This document shows, in pieces, positions 50,473 through 61,745 of a DNA stretch of 64,000 bases. Origin of the DNA: Podarcis tiliguerta (Eukaryota); NCBI GenBank assembly GCA_965153285.1, contig OZ229129.1; one strand, given 5' to 3'. The position numbers were made by a program, and so were the translations under genes. The stretch's first letter is position 1. Each line of letters starts with the position of its first letter. The notes under the pieces were generated by a model. That model had not been told where the DNA came from, made no database searches, and worked only from the letters and a program-made list of their open reading frames with translations.

Positions 50473-52706
50473 CATCAAAATGTGGTTGGGATTATAAATA
50501 ATTCCGAAAAGCCATGGTCTGGTTCCTCTGCATCCGTTTTCTAGCAACAGTACTTGGCCTCTCTGCTGCACTAGATGGAAGAGTTCTGTTGGGACAGCTG
50601 AGCATAAAAGTTTCAGCATATGAATAGCACCACTGTTGCCACTAACCAGACTCTTGTGGGCACAGCTACAAAAGTGCTCTCACCCCCCAAAGGTATTCTT
50701 CCATGGTCTCCTGAGACAGATGGATGCAGCCAACAACAACAAAAATAGTTTGGGGTTGGTACATTTCTCCATCCACTTTTTCCTGCATTTTCAATTGTAG
50801 ATATGGCCACTGGCTCACTATGTATTGGTTCACACCCACTCTTCATGTAGTCCTGTGCTTGTGTGTATGTTCACATAGAGGAATTTTAACACTGAGTATG
50901 CTGTCAGACTTTTTATACACATTACTTGAAGTTCCACTGTCTTCTTCCTGCCCCCCCCCCCCAAATCACACACTTCCTTATACCTACTCAAAGATGTGTT
51001 CAGTGAAGATCAGAAGATTCCCTACCAATATAGTTGAACTAAAAAATAATTTCCTCAGAACCATTTTGGATCTTATGGCATGAATGTGGCAATTACTCTA
51101 GTAACAAATCAAAGCCTAAGTTAAAAGCAAGTCACAGCAGATGTGCTAAAGAAAATGTATTCCGAGGGACAGGAGTGCGCTACAAAGCCATGCTTGCTAG
51201 CTGCAAATGGATATGAGAAATAATCACACGTTGCATCTCCAAGCACAGACATTAAAAGAAGGATGCTGCTTAAAATGTAATCTTCAGCACATGTGAGCAC
51301 CTCCCATGCGATAGAGTGAGTGGTTGCTATGGTAATGCTCTTTACTGAAGGGAGCCTAAAGTATGTAAAACCCATTTACTGATTAGCATGTAAAAAGTGC
51401 TTGAAAGCCACACTGTGTGCTGGTTACAGGATCTCCTGGTCATAGATATCTGCAAGAGACACATAGCCAGACTTCCTTCTGGTCTGGCATATATGTTTAT
51501 CTTACAGGTCTTTCAGACTTTGGAAGCAGGCTCCATTTTGATTTCTCCTAAGCCTAGATGTGGGACTTAGATGATATGGGTTAGAGCACTGGTAAGAAAA
51601 TCTCAACTGCAAGTGGTGCCACAAAGCAGGATTTTAAGAGCAAAAATCCTACTGAGTAGGAGGACCCATAAACACAGTAGGGCTGCCTTGCCAAATTGTT
51701 AAGCAAGTGAAATCATGCCCCGCTCCCCTGGTAACAGAGTTTAAAATTATTTAACAGCACAACAGCTATTGATCTTTTTTCTATGTATAACCACGATACC
51801 ACATTGTCACTGTTTCAGAACTTAAACTGTACTGCTTGCTGTAGAATTGCCACAACTGTTCAACTCTTCTTCAACTGTGAATTGCCAGAGAAACTTCCCA
51901 ACCTTTTCCCTCTGTCCAGCATTTCAAGTCACACCAGATTAGCACAAAGTGAACTAAGCTGCGGTATAGCTAGCACTGGAACATTCAAACCCTAGTTTGA
52001 ATGTGTGACACTAGTCACACCTGCTTCATTCTAGAGTAGAAGCTGGAAGTTATTAATACTCCGCAGCTAAGCACAGAGTGGGGAGGGACTGTCCTTACCT
52101 ATTCTTGCCTAAGAAAGGATTCTGGGATGAAAATGTAGGAACAGCTCTGAGTAAAACTACTTCAGAAGTGACAAAGAAATAGCGATCTATGAACAAAGCA
52201 GGAACAAAGTGGCTAAGGCACTAGTTAGTGTAACTACAGCAGCAAGTATTTCATCAATAGGAAATAAGAACCAGAAAAGCAGCAACATGGGTTACATACC
52301 TCTGTAAATGGCTTTAGCAGCTAATAGATGATCTCATCCAAAAAGCAAAACCAACACTCAGCTTCAAAGAGATCTAGTATATGAATTGTGAGGAAGCTCG
52401 AAGTGGAAGTCAAAGGGCTGGAAAGACTGGCAAAGTGATTGTCCTACAGCTACTCACACCTCACATCAGCCACATTGGTATTACCATCTGTTCCTATGTT
52501 GTGAAGCTTTTCCCTTTTCCCCGTACCTAGGATTTTAAGTTACACCAGAGTAGCACAAGTGAACTAAGTTTGCATTCTGCAATCATCTTATCAAATACCC
52601 ATTTGCAAATATTAAAATTCTGATTTCACTTTTTTAAAGGGAAAATTAACACAATTCTTCACTACAGTTTAAAAATAACTCTACTATTAATGCAGGGCCC
52701 TTATTT

Positions 52707-52950
52707 NNNNNNNNNNNNNNNNNNNNNNNNNNNNNNNNNNNNNNNNNNNNNNNNNNNNNNNNNNNNNNNNNNNNNNNNNNNNNNNNNNNNNNNNNNNNNN
52801 NNNNNNNNNNNNNNNNNNNNNNNNNNNNNNNNNNNNNNNNNNNNNNNNNNNNNNNNNNNNNNNNNNNNNNNNNNNNNNNNNNNNNNNNNNNNNNNNNNNN
52901 NNNNNNNNNNNNNNNNNNNNNNNNNNNNNNNNNNNNNNNNNNNNNNNNNN
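52707..52950. other. N run, 244 nt
   Basis: Directly visible. Confidence 0.99.
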
Positions 52951-53257
52951 ATAAAACAACAATACAGACGAGTATGAATGGTTTTTTTTAATAAAAAAAA
53001 CAACAACCTTTCTTTCCTCAAAGCTCTTGAAGTGGACACTGACACTTTTGGAAGGTTTAGCAATTTATCCACATCTTATATGATTTTTTAAAAATTTGAC
53101 ATTATAACCATACATAAATCTAAGCCACGAAACAAGAAGGGAGGCCTCTTTCTCCTTAAAAAAAAATGAAGCTGGATCCTCTGGACAAGATGAGTAGCTA
53201 CTGAAAAACAACTATGGAGACAGAAGGCCACATTTCAAGTAGGAAGAATAGGCCAAA

Positions 53258-53390
53258 TAGGCTATTTTTTTAGAAAAAGAGGTGCTGCAAGTCACCATGA
53301 ACATCTCCTTCATTCTCTTAGAATGGCAATGACACCCACCTGAGAGGTGCCAGAACTGAGTTCCTGTGAGTTCCCCTCGAAAAAATCCCA
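53258..53390. mobile_element. short MITE
   Basis: Imperfect inverted ends GGCTATTTTTTT / AAAAAATCCC; internal GAGGTGC repeats and GAACT/AGTTC symmetry. Confidence 0.55.
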
Positions 53391-54339
53391 AGATTGTTTA
53401 CCCTGTGTTGTGTTGTGCAGCTGTGTTGAAATAGCAATTGTTAAGTCACTAGAATCACTTCCTAGAAAAACTGAACACATTACAGGTCTAACATACTCTT
53501 AAAACATTCAAACCTTAAGCCTGATTACTCAGAAGTAAGTTCCACGATATTCTGGTCAATGCATTTGACCAGGTAAGTGTTTGAAGTAAGCTGTAAGCCC
53601 ACCAGCAGCAAGATACAATAGTAGGGCTTGGCCGAAGCTAAAAAGACTTGCTGACTACAGTTTGAAAGCTTCCTGCTCAGGATTGAATGCTAAGACTTTA
53701 AAAGGGAACTGATGACTCCAATATCAAATTTACAAGCACTGTTGTTTTCCTCCACCTGCCAGAACCTGATGAAATATAGCACATTTATTATTTCAAGGAA
53801 GGGCTGAGACATACACGATAGTTCTAATAATTAAATACAGGAGTCAATCTATGTTTAACACATTTGTAAATGAGCTGTGGTATATGATGCTGTTGTAAAA
53901 AAATTACCATTTATTGGTAATGAAAGGTAAAAATTAACAATCTATTCAGTCCTCATCCCTAGTCCTCCAATCCTAGAAGTTTAAGACTCTGAATGAACAG
54001 CAGAAATCATTGTGACCAAAAAAATTTAAACCTCCTCTTCTCAATATTTTGGTGGTGGGTTATGAAATTAATACAACCGTGGCTATGATTACTTTTATGT
54101 CTGGTATAAAATAAAAGGTGGGTGTGTAGAACAAGGGAAAGAGCTGTTTCTTGAGCAGGACTTTTAAAAAAGACTCAAGCGTTCAGAACTTGTAGATCCA
54201 TTTTATTTTCTTTCCCTTATCTTTTTATTTGTATTATTTCCCACATTTTATTTTGATGCAAACAAAAACATGGAGACTGAATCGCAAAACCAGACAAACC
54301 CCACAAGTCAAAAAGAGAAAATGGGGAGGTGGGTGAGGA

Positions 54340-54600
54340 AGAGAGAAAGAATCTGGTCTGCACCTTGGAAATTTTATGCAGATATATTGTCACCAACATT
54401 AACATTATATCTCGGCGCCACGTATCAGGCAAATCAGATTTATATCACTGTCGTCTGCCGATCGCAGGTGCTCCACCACAGCTTGTCAAGACAGCCTGTC
54501 TGAGTCTTCACACGTCAGATAGAATCAGAACACTTGGTGTTTTGGTCTGTTGACAGCAATTTATTTTGATGCGTTGTCACAATATGGAATTCTTCTATGC
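54340..54600. promoter_or_regulatory. candidate conserved enhancer
   Basis: Local CpG cluster; several TGTCA/TGACAG (MEIS/TGIF-type) motifs, CAGGTG and GATA; repeat-free. Confidence 0.45.
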
Positions 54601-55373
54601 TTGGCACCAGGGTGCCAGGAAAGTCCTACTGTAGTTTTCTGGCTGCCAGATGCTACAGGTTTGAGAGTTAAGGGGTAAATCTGGATGCAGGAAGGGAAGA
54701 GGTATTCTATTTTATTTTGAAACACATTCTGAAGATTACATAGGAGAAGCCTGTATTCCTAACACAGTAAAAACTTAGTAGGGCCATGGAACTAAGGACT
54801 GTATTCCCTCTGATGTTTCAGTAGTATCAAATACTGCAACTTCACATGCTATTAGAACACTCCACATCCTTTTAAAGATCATGACATGTAATCTGGAGTT
54901 ATAACTTTAAAAAAGAAAAAGAAAAATATGGCTAAGTCCAGAGGGAGGGGCAATGTCTACAAGCTTCATGTGTCAACTTCTGGAATTTTTCCATGACACC
55001 CTCCATCTTGCCCCAGATCAACACCACACATACACTCAAAAATCACAATCAAGCTTGGTGTTTTAAAAATGTATTCATGGAAAGTTCCTACTATGATTTA
55101 AACATATATTCTTTGAAATTCTAATTAAAGCTGTGCAAAAAAATGTACTGCCAGTTTCAAGAATACCTTAGTAGTTACAGCTTAGATGACAGGATTCAAG
55201 TTTCCAGGATGACTAAAGATGGTTCAGAGAGAGCCAGTTTCTTATGCTTTGAACAGACATCCTTGTGGAACTCAACACATCTAACAAAGTGTCATAGGAT
55301 ATGCAGACTCATGTTTCGGAAAAAGTAGTTTTCTAATTCCTCCTGAATATAAAGCTGTACTCATACCATATCT

Positions 55374-55910
55374 TTAAAAAATATTTATGCTTTTCATTTT
55401 ACAACAAACACAAAACATAGATTTAAATTGTTCCACACATCATATATTGACTCATCTCCGCTCCTTTCTGCATTTTCTTATATTTATACTACTTGTTACT
55501 GCATTTCCAAGTTAATCCTATGTATTATTTATCCCAGATGATCAATATATGTTTTCTGTTACTGCACATTTTTACTTTAATCCTGCTGATGTTTTAATTT
55601 GTTTACAATAATTTTGTAAATATTCAATAAATGGTTTCCAATCTACATTAAAACGTTTATCGTCTTGGTTTCTTATTCTTCCAGTAAGTTTCACCATTTC
55701 TGAGTATTCTAAAAGCTTCTGTTGACATTCTTCTTTGGTCAGGACGTTTTCTTCTTTCCATCTTTAGACAAAAATCACTTGAGTGGCAGTGGTTGCATAT
55801 ATAAATACTTTTTTATGTTGCTTGGGTAACTCTAGTCCCATAATTTCCAAAAGAAATTTGGTTTGTTAATAAAAGTTATCTTAAACATTTTTTTCCAATT
55901 CATTATATAT
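55374..55910 (-). mobile_element. 5'-truncated L1-clade LINE (ORF2 C-terminus plus 3' UTR)
   Basis: Minus frames IYNELEKMFKITF...FIYATTAT...RWKEE...EMVKLT...DWKPFIEYL; 19-bp TSD CTGTACTCATAC(C/T)ATATCT at 55355-55373 and 55911-55929. Confidence 0.88.
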
Positions 55911-56970
55911 CTGTACTCATACTATATCTAGCATTGTCTGTTACACAAATGCCCACTTCTCTATAGACATATTACAATAGGTCTATGATAACCAATTTTT
56001 TATCACTAAAAGTAAAGGCAACTCCCGTTTTGTGCACATTCAAAGAACACATGTGAACAGTTTTTGAATCTGGAAGAAGAGGGAACCGGGGGCACAGAGG
56101 GGGTGGAACAGGGCAGGTTTACTTACACACACACCGCTGAAGCATGCAATGACTCAGAATGCAAGCCGCGTGCAAATTGGGGGTTGCCTGTAGTTTGTTC
56201 AGAACTGCTAGCTATGTTGTGGTTTCCCCAAAATTACCATTTTAAATGGGACCCCCACAAGGATTTCAAAAGGGCCCGCATCTGAAGCACATTCATCCTC
56301 CTTTGCTCAGAGAAGTGCTAAGAGTTAAGTATTAACTCTTAACCTTGAATTCAGAGTTCAGAATCCCAAGCTAGAGAGTAAGAGAGGACTGTTTTAGACT
56401 CAGGGAAGAGAACTGTATCATAAAGGAGACAGCAGCAAATACAGTACAAGGATACCAATATGTACAGAAGCTTGACATGCCTATCTAGATAATACAGCAA
56501 TCAGAATGTTGGTAGGGCACCTTGTGGGAAACGTCTTGTAGGACATTGCTAAGTGCACACAAGCACTGAAAGCTGAACAGCAGACCTCAAGATGCTAAGC
56601 CTCAAATGCAGCAGGCAAGACTAAACAGGATGATTCTTCAATGCCTGATTCAAACAAGGCTTTTAAAAGGAGAGACAAAGCTAGCTTAGACTGTCTGAAA
56701 GGAGGAACAAGTAATCACAGTCATCCCTATACCTTCCCAGGCATGGAGAAAAAGGGCTTGAGGTGCAAACAGCTCCCTTCAGATCTGACTCAGATGCCTA
56801 TGCAGCTCATTGACTCAGGGCTTGTTAAAAAGCCATGGAAGCTTATTTCAACACCAATGCTTGGCTTTAGAAAAGCATGAAGTAAAATGTTAATGTGCTT
56901 GCATTTGTATTTTACTGCCACCTTTCCCATAAAATTCAATTCCTATTTTACATGGACAGAAAAGAACATA

Positions 56971-57222
56971 CAGTGGTACCTCTAGATGAGAACGGGATCC
57001 GTTCCGGAGCCCCGTTCACATCTAGAAGCAAATGTAACCTGTGTCCGCACATGCGTGGGCCACATTTTGGCGTTTCTGCGCATGTGTGTGGCGTCATTTT
57101 GAGTGTCTGCGCATGCACAAGCGGTGAAACCTGAAAGTAACACGCTCTGTTACTTCCGGGTTGCTGCGGAGCGCAACTCGAACGCGCTCATCCTGAAGCA
57201 CATTCAACCCAAGGTATGACTG
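56971..57222. mobile_element. Tc1/mariner (Tigger-like) MITE
   Basis: TA-CAGTGGTACCT...AGGTATGACTG-TA; CpG-rich interior. Confidence 0.88.
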
Positions 57223-57664
57223 TAATAGAAGTCATATCCTAATTCATTCTCCATCCATTCTCCATCCATAGGAAATTGACACATCGTCTACCAAGAGTTA
57301 CTTGGCAAGTCACCATCAATGGGTATAGCAGCCTCAGTTCTCAGATGAATCACACTAGTAAAAATCAAACCCTTGGAATCTGGAACTGAGGATTTCCCTT
57401 CACATGCACTAGCTTCTTCCTCTGCTTGGTGGGGATTTGACATGGTGATACTTCCTAGTGGCTAAAGAGTAGTGGAACAGAATAATATCACACACTGCTC
57501 TGAAGACTAAGAATAAGAAACTAATTATGTAAAAACAGCAGTCTGCTGATTCTGGACTCTGGCTCTATCTAACTTTTGCTCTGATCCATCTACAATTGGT
57601 TTTGGTCCAATCTACCACCAGTGTATGGCCTCCAACAAAACTAAGTTTACCATTTGACCATGGA

Positions 57665-57803
57665 CAACTGGGTCAGTAAAGCATGGGCCTCTTAATCTCA
57701 GAGTCATAGGTTTAAGCCCCCCATTGGGCAAAAGATTCCTGTATTACAAAAGTTGGACTGATTGATCCTTGAGGTCCCTTCCAACTCTACAATTCTGTGA
57801 TCC
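57665..57803 (+). mobile_element. tRNA(Lys)-like SINE with CR1 tail
   Basis: GCATGGGCCTCTTAATCTCAGAGTCATAGGTTTAAGCCCC head and GGTCCCTTCCAACTCTACAATTCTGTGAT tail; same family as 17660. Confidence 0.8.
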
Positions 57804-58514
57804 CAGACTGTTTCGCTGTGCGTCATGCATTCCAATTTTAAGCTCTGTTAAGGGAACTACTCTATTCGGTGTTGGAGTAGATTACTTCATACACTTCCCT
57901 AACCAGCACTAACTAGGCTTATGGTGAAGGTGCTAACAAACTCTATCTCAGAAACATTACCCTTTAGGACGGTAAAAGAAGTAAATATGAGGCAATTCTT
58001 TTCAAGGGCTGACTGATTAAAAACAACCACATCACACACAAACCTTTCTAGAATCTAAGTTGCCTTTCCCAACAAGTTCTCTCTGTGGTTATTTGCCTTG
58101 TTACTTTATGGGACTCCTGACATTTCTAATAAAGCTTCCAAATTACAAAAAAAAAAAAAAAAGCACAGTTGCACTGCCAGAAGATAACCTTTACATTTTA
58201 CTCTTCATTCATAATGAAAATTAAAGGGGCCTGGCCAGCATTCCAGAGAACTTTCAAGAGCACACACAAGCAAATGAAGCAACATAAGAAAGGAACAGCA
58301 TTTACCATAGACACAACTTTGACTACAAGCAGGACAGTCCCTAGAATCAGTTCACAACTTCTCAGGCATGCAAAGTGACACAAAAAGCACCTCCGAGCAT
58401 ACACCTCATCATCTTTAATAGTTATTATTTCTACAGTACAGTAGAGTTTCCAAGATGCAGTGCATACATATCTTGTGATCCTTACAACAGAGGAATAAGA
58501 GAACTTGAGTGTTG

Positions 58515-58700
58515 TAGAACTCAAAGTTATGGACTAGCTAGGACTGTGTAGATCTGGGTTTAATTCAGTCATGAAGTTCACTTGAAGTGCATGACTAAAG
58601 ATCAGTGGCTTACTCCTGCAGACTAAGCAACCCTGTAAGAATAAAAATGGGTAATGGAAGAGAACTCTGAATGCCTCTATGCAACTTCCCTAGAGCCACC
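58515..58700 (+). mobile_element. highly decayed Squam3/MIR-like SINE
   Basis: Weak colinear similarity to 37136-37362. Confidence 0.4.
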
Positions 58701-58854
58701 TGGTAATATGACTGGGATAAAGTCTCCATCAGAGCCTTCCTGGTTTGGCACTAACCACTATGCTACACAACTGTAATGAGTGTCTTTATCTACACGTTTC
58801 ATATCATCTTAAAATAAATTGGGCAAGGCCACAGATACCCAGGTTGGTGAAGAG

Positions 58855-59463
58855 CAGGGTGGATTTGATTTAATTTAAATCACGATTTAAATCACTGGTC
58901 AGTAAGACTTGATTTAAATCATTTTTTTCTTTTTACAGAAAGGCATTCCTGCTGGTATAATCTTAATATTTACAACCAGATGAAGGTTTCATTTTTGGAA
59001 TAATAAATTTTCAGAGTAGTTTTTACAGTTATATAAAAAGTTACTGATTTGGTTATACTATTAGAAATACATAGACAGATAATCATGAAATTATTGTGAG
59101 TTTGAATAAGTTAACTGTTTATATTTGGACACCTTTTCTGCTGTACTTTATTGGAAGGAGAAAAATAATCATTTCCTTAATAACAATTTAAACAATTTAT
59201 TTAACTAAAACAATAACACGATAGCATATGTATCCATGTTTGTAAACAACTGAGTTTCAGCACACATGAAAAACTTAAAACAAATCCTTATTTCCTGATG
59301 GCCTTTGGACTATAATGTAACTTAAATAGAAAACTATATTTAGAAATATTTTTTCCTCCAAAAGCATTTTATTTTAAAAATCCAATTTAAATTTAAAAAA
59401 TGGTTTAAATAAAAAAAATCCATTTATTTTTTATTTTTAAATCAATGATTTTTATCCACCCTG
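58855..59463. mobile_element. AT-rich non-autonomous hAT element, 609 bp
   Basis: TIR CAGGGTGGAT / ATCCACCCTG; subterminal ATTTAAAT arrays; 8-bp TSD GTGAAGAG / GTGAAGAA. Confidence 0.9.
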
Positions 59464-60810
59464 GTGAAGAAGGCTGTTTCCTTCTCTCTTCTTTCAATGC
59501 CTTGCTCAGATCTCCATCTCTCCCTTCATCTAAACTGCCTCATAGAAAATCTCAGCTTTTCCTAAAGAAACAATATACCCGGGCAAAGCCATGCTAACCA
59601 CTGGAAACATCCAGGTGAAACTTATTTATGAAGAAACAAGAATGCAATCATCTGACTGCAAAAAAATGCAAACCCCTCAACATATGAAGACTTTGTAATT
59701 GTGGATTCTATAAAAAGAATGGAAACAAACCAAACAAAAACAAAATGTGAATAAGAGATGCAATTCAATACTGCGTGGAGGCAAATCAACCGACATAAAA
59801 AGAAAGCTGTAATCTTGCATTCAAACCATAAGGAACATATGATATGTTGAAGTGTGTCCCAGAAGCAGTGATTTCATACTTTCATACACAGGGCAAGAAC
59901 GTAGGGTGCTAGAAAGAAAAACGTCCCTATAAATGCCATTGTCCATGCTTCAGTAGAGCTAGACTAGGAAGAAGTGTGCAGATTATAGGGTTGCCATATT
60001 TTGAAGAGCAAAAAAAAAAAAAAAAAAAGGACACATTTGCAGACTTTTACTTTCAACTATGGATTGCTATGACGACTCTCATTTTACATACCCATGAAAA
60101 GAGGACATGTCCTGGAAAAAGAGTGCATATGGCACCAAGATACACAGAGACCCATTCAGCATTTATCCAGCTTCCAATCTGCTCTCATACACTATTGTGG
60201 GAGTTTAGGAAATGCACACCCACCCACCCTTTTTTGCCTGATGAAAGCTTATAATCCATAGGGTGTCATTTTACAAACCTGGAAGATCTGGCCAGCACTT
60301 AGGCTTATGTTGTCTTTCTGCTTCTCCAAGAGCATCCCTCCAGATAAGGACTACAAAGGAAGGTAACTGCAGAGGAAATCCAGCAATTGCCTGTGACTTC
60401 TGCATTCCTGCCATCCCACTAAACTACTTGCTGCGTCAAAAAAAATAAGCTTACAAAAACTTTTACCCTACTATGGAGGTAGATTTATGGAAGATCTGTG
60501 TCTTATTTCTCATTTAAGGAGCCATAGTGATACCAGTGCCAGCCTGATGTACTTTATAAGGTCACGGTGACCTAAACACATAATAGCCCACAAGCGCTAT
60601 GGAGCATTTCTCTCTCTGTAAAAATGGTTATAACTGTTGTTGACTTGATTTACATCCTTTAATACAAAGGTAAGAAATGAAAAACTAATCTAGGCCAGTC
60701 CTGTCCTGTTATGGTAAAAGGGGCAGACACCACTACTCAAGGAATTATTATCCATAGAATATATAGGAGCACAGAAGATTGCTAGAATGAAACAGCCAAC
60801 CAGCTAGCCA

Positions 60811-61255
60811 CAGTGGCATAGCTGGCTGCATGGGCACCCGGGGCATGGGCACCACACACGGGGGGGGGGGGCAGGATGAGATGCCTGCAGGGGCAAGGTG
60901 AGGCACTGTGAGGTGGGGCGAGGTGCTAGCGGGAGGGATGGGGCAGGGCACACCAGAATCCCAGTGCCTGAGCCGCATTCTGCTCCAGCGCCTTGCAGGC
61001 CTGTGTTGCTTTTTTGAGGAGCATGGAGCCTTCCGGGAGTCCGCCTGCTGCCTCCCCCTCAGCTGTAGGGTGGCTGAGGGGGAGGCAGCTGGCAGACAAA
61101 AGCCCCATGCTGCCCTTTCAGGCAATGCGGAGCCTGCAGGCACCAGAGACACTGCATCACTCCCAGAAGAGATGCATAGCTCAGGCGTGGTAAGTACCGT
61201 CCTCCTGGTGTAGTGCTCAGTGTCCCCTGCCCACCCCCCGCCAGCCATGCCTCTA
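60811..61255. mobile_element. GC-rich non-autonomous hAT-like element
   Basis: Imperfect TIR CAGTGGCATAGCTGGC / GCCAGCCATGCCTCTA; TSD GCTAGCCA / GCCAGCCA (7 of 8). Confidence 0.7.
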
Positions 61256-61309
61256 GCCAGCCAGCATAATCATAGTCTGAAAATGCTGAAGACCAACCCT
61301 TTTTGAGAA

Positions 61310-61457
61310 TGGCCCTAGCTCTGCAGCAGAACATATGCTTTGTATGCAGAAAGTCCCAGGTTCAATCCCCAGCATCTGCAGTTGGAAGGATTTCCATCAG
61401 GGTAGACCATACTGACCTAGACAGATCAATAGTCCAATTCTAGTAAAGCAGCTTATG
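61310..61457 (+). mobile_element. tRNA-derived SINE (Squam2-like), internally deleted
   Basis: TAGCTC...TGCTTTGTATGCAGAAAGTCCCAGGTTCAATCCCCAGCATCT head with B box. Confidence 0.75.
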
Positions 61458-61522
61458 AAGGCAAAAAGGTCCCAGGCTCAGTTCCTTACAACTTGAGTCA
61501 AAAGGATCAGTTATTAGGCGAT

Positions 61523-61745
61523 AATAGAAGAGAAGACTCCCTGGAAAAGACCCTGATACTGGGAAAGATGGAGGGCACAAGAAGAAGGGGATGACAGAGG
61601 ACGAGATGGTTGGACAGTGTTCTTGAAGCTACCAGCATGAGTTTGACCAAACTGCGGGAGGCAGTGGAAGACAGGAGTGCCTGGCGTGCTCTGGTCCAGG
61701 GGGTCACAAAGAGTCAGACACAACTAAACGACTAAATAACAAGAA
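61523..61745 (+). mobile_element. RTE/Bov-B LINE 3' end
   Basis: RREDSLEKTLILGKMEGTRRRG*QRTRWLDSV...LREAVEDRSAWRALVQGVTKSQTQLND*, typical Bov-B ORF end with short (AAC)-like tail. Confidence 0.93.

Noticed and set aside
57665-57730. tRNA gene candidates (also 17660, 37136, 61310)
   Set aside because: Degenerate cloverleaf followed by LINE-derived tails; these are SINE heads, not tRNA genes.
58198-58524. 108-aa minus ORF (..EIITIKDDEVYARR..)
   Set aside because: Weak splice context, partly overlaps decayed SINE-like sequence, no homology recognised.
60748-61334. Cluster of ORFs up to 166 aa
   Set aside because: GC-rich transposon interior depleted of stop codons.
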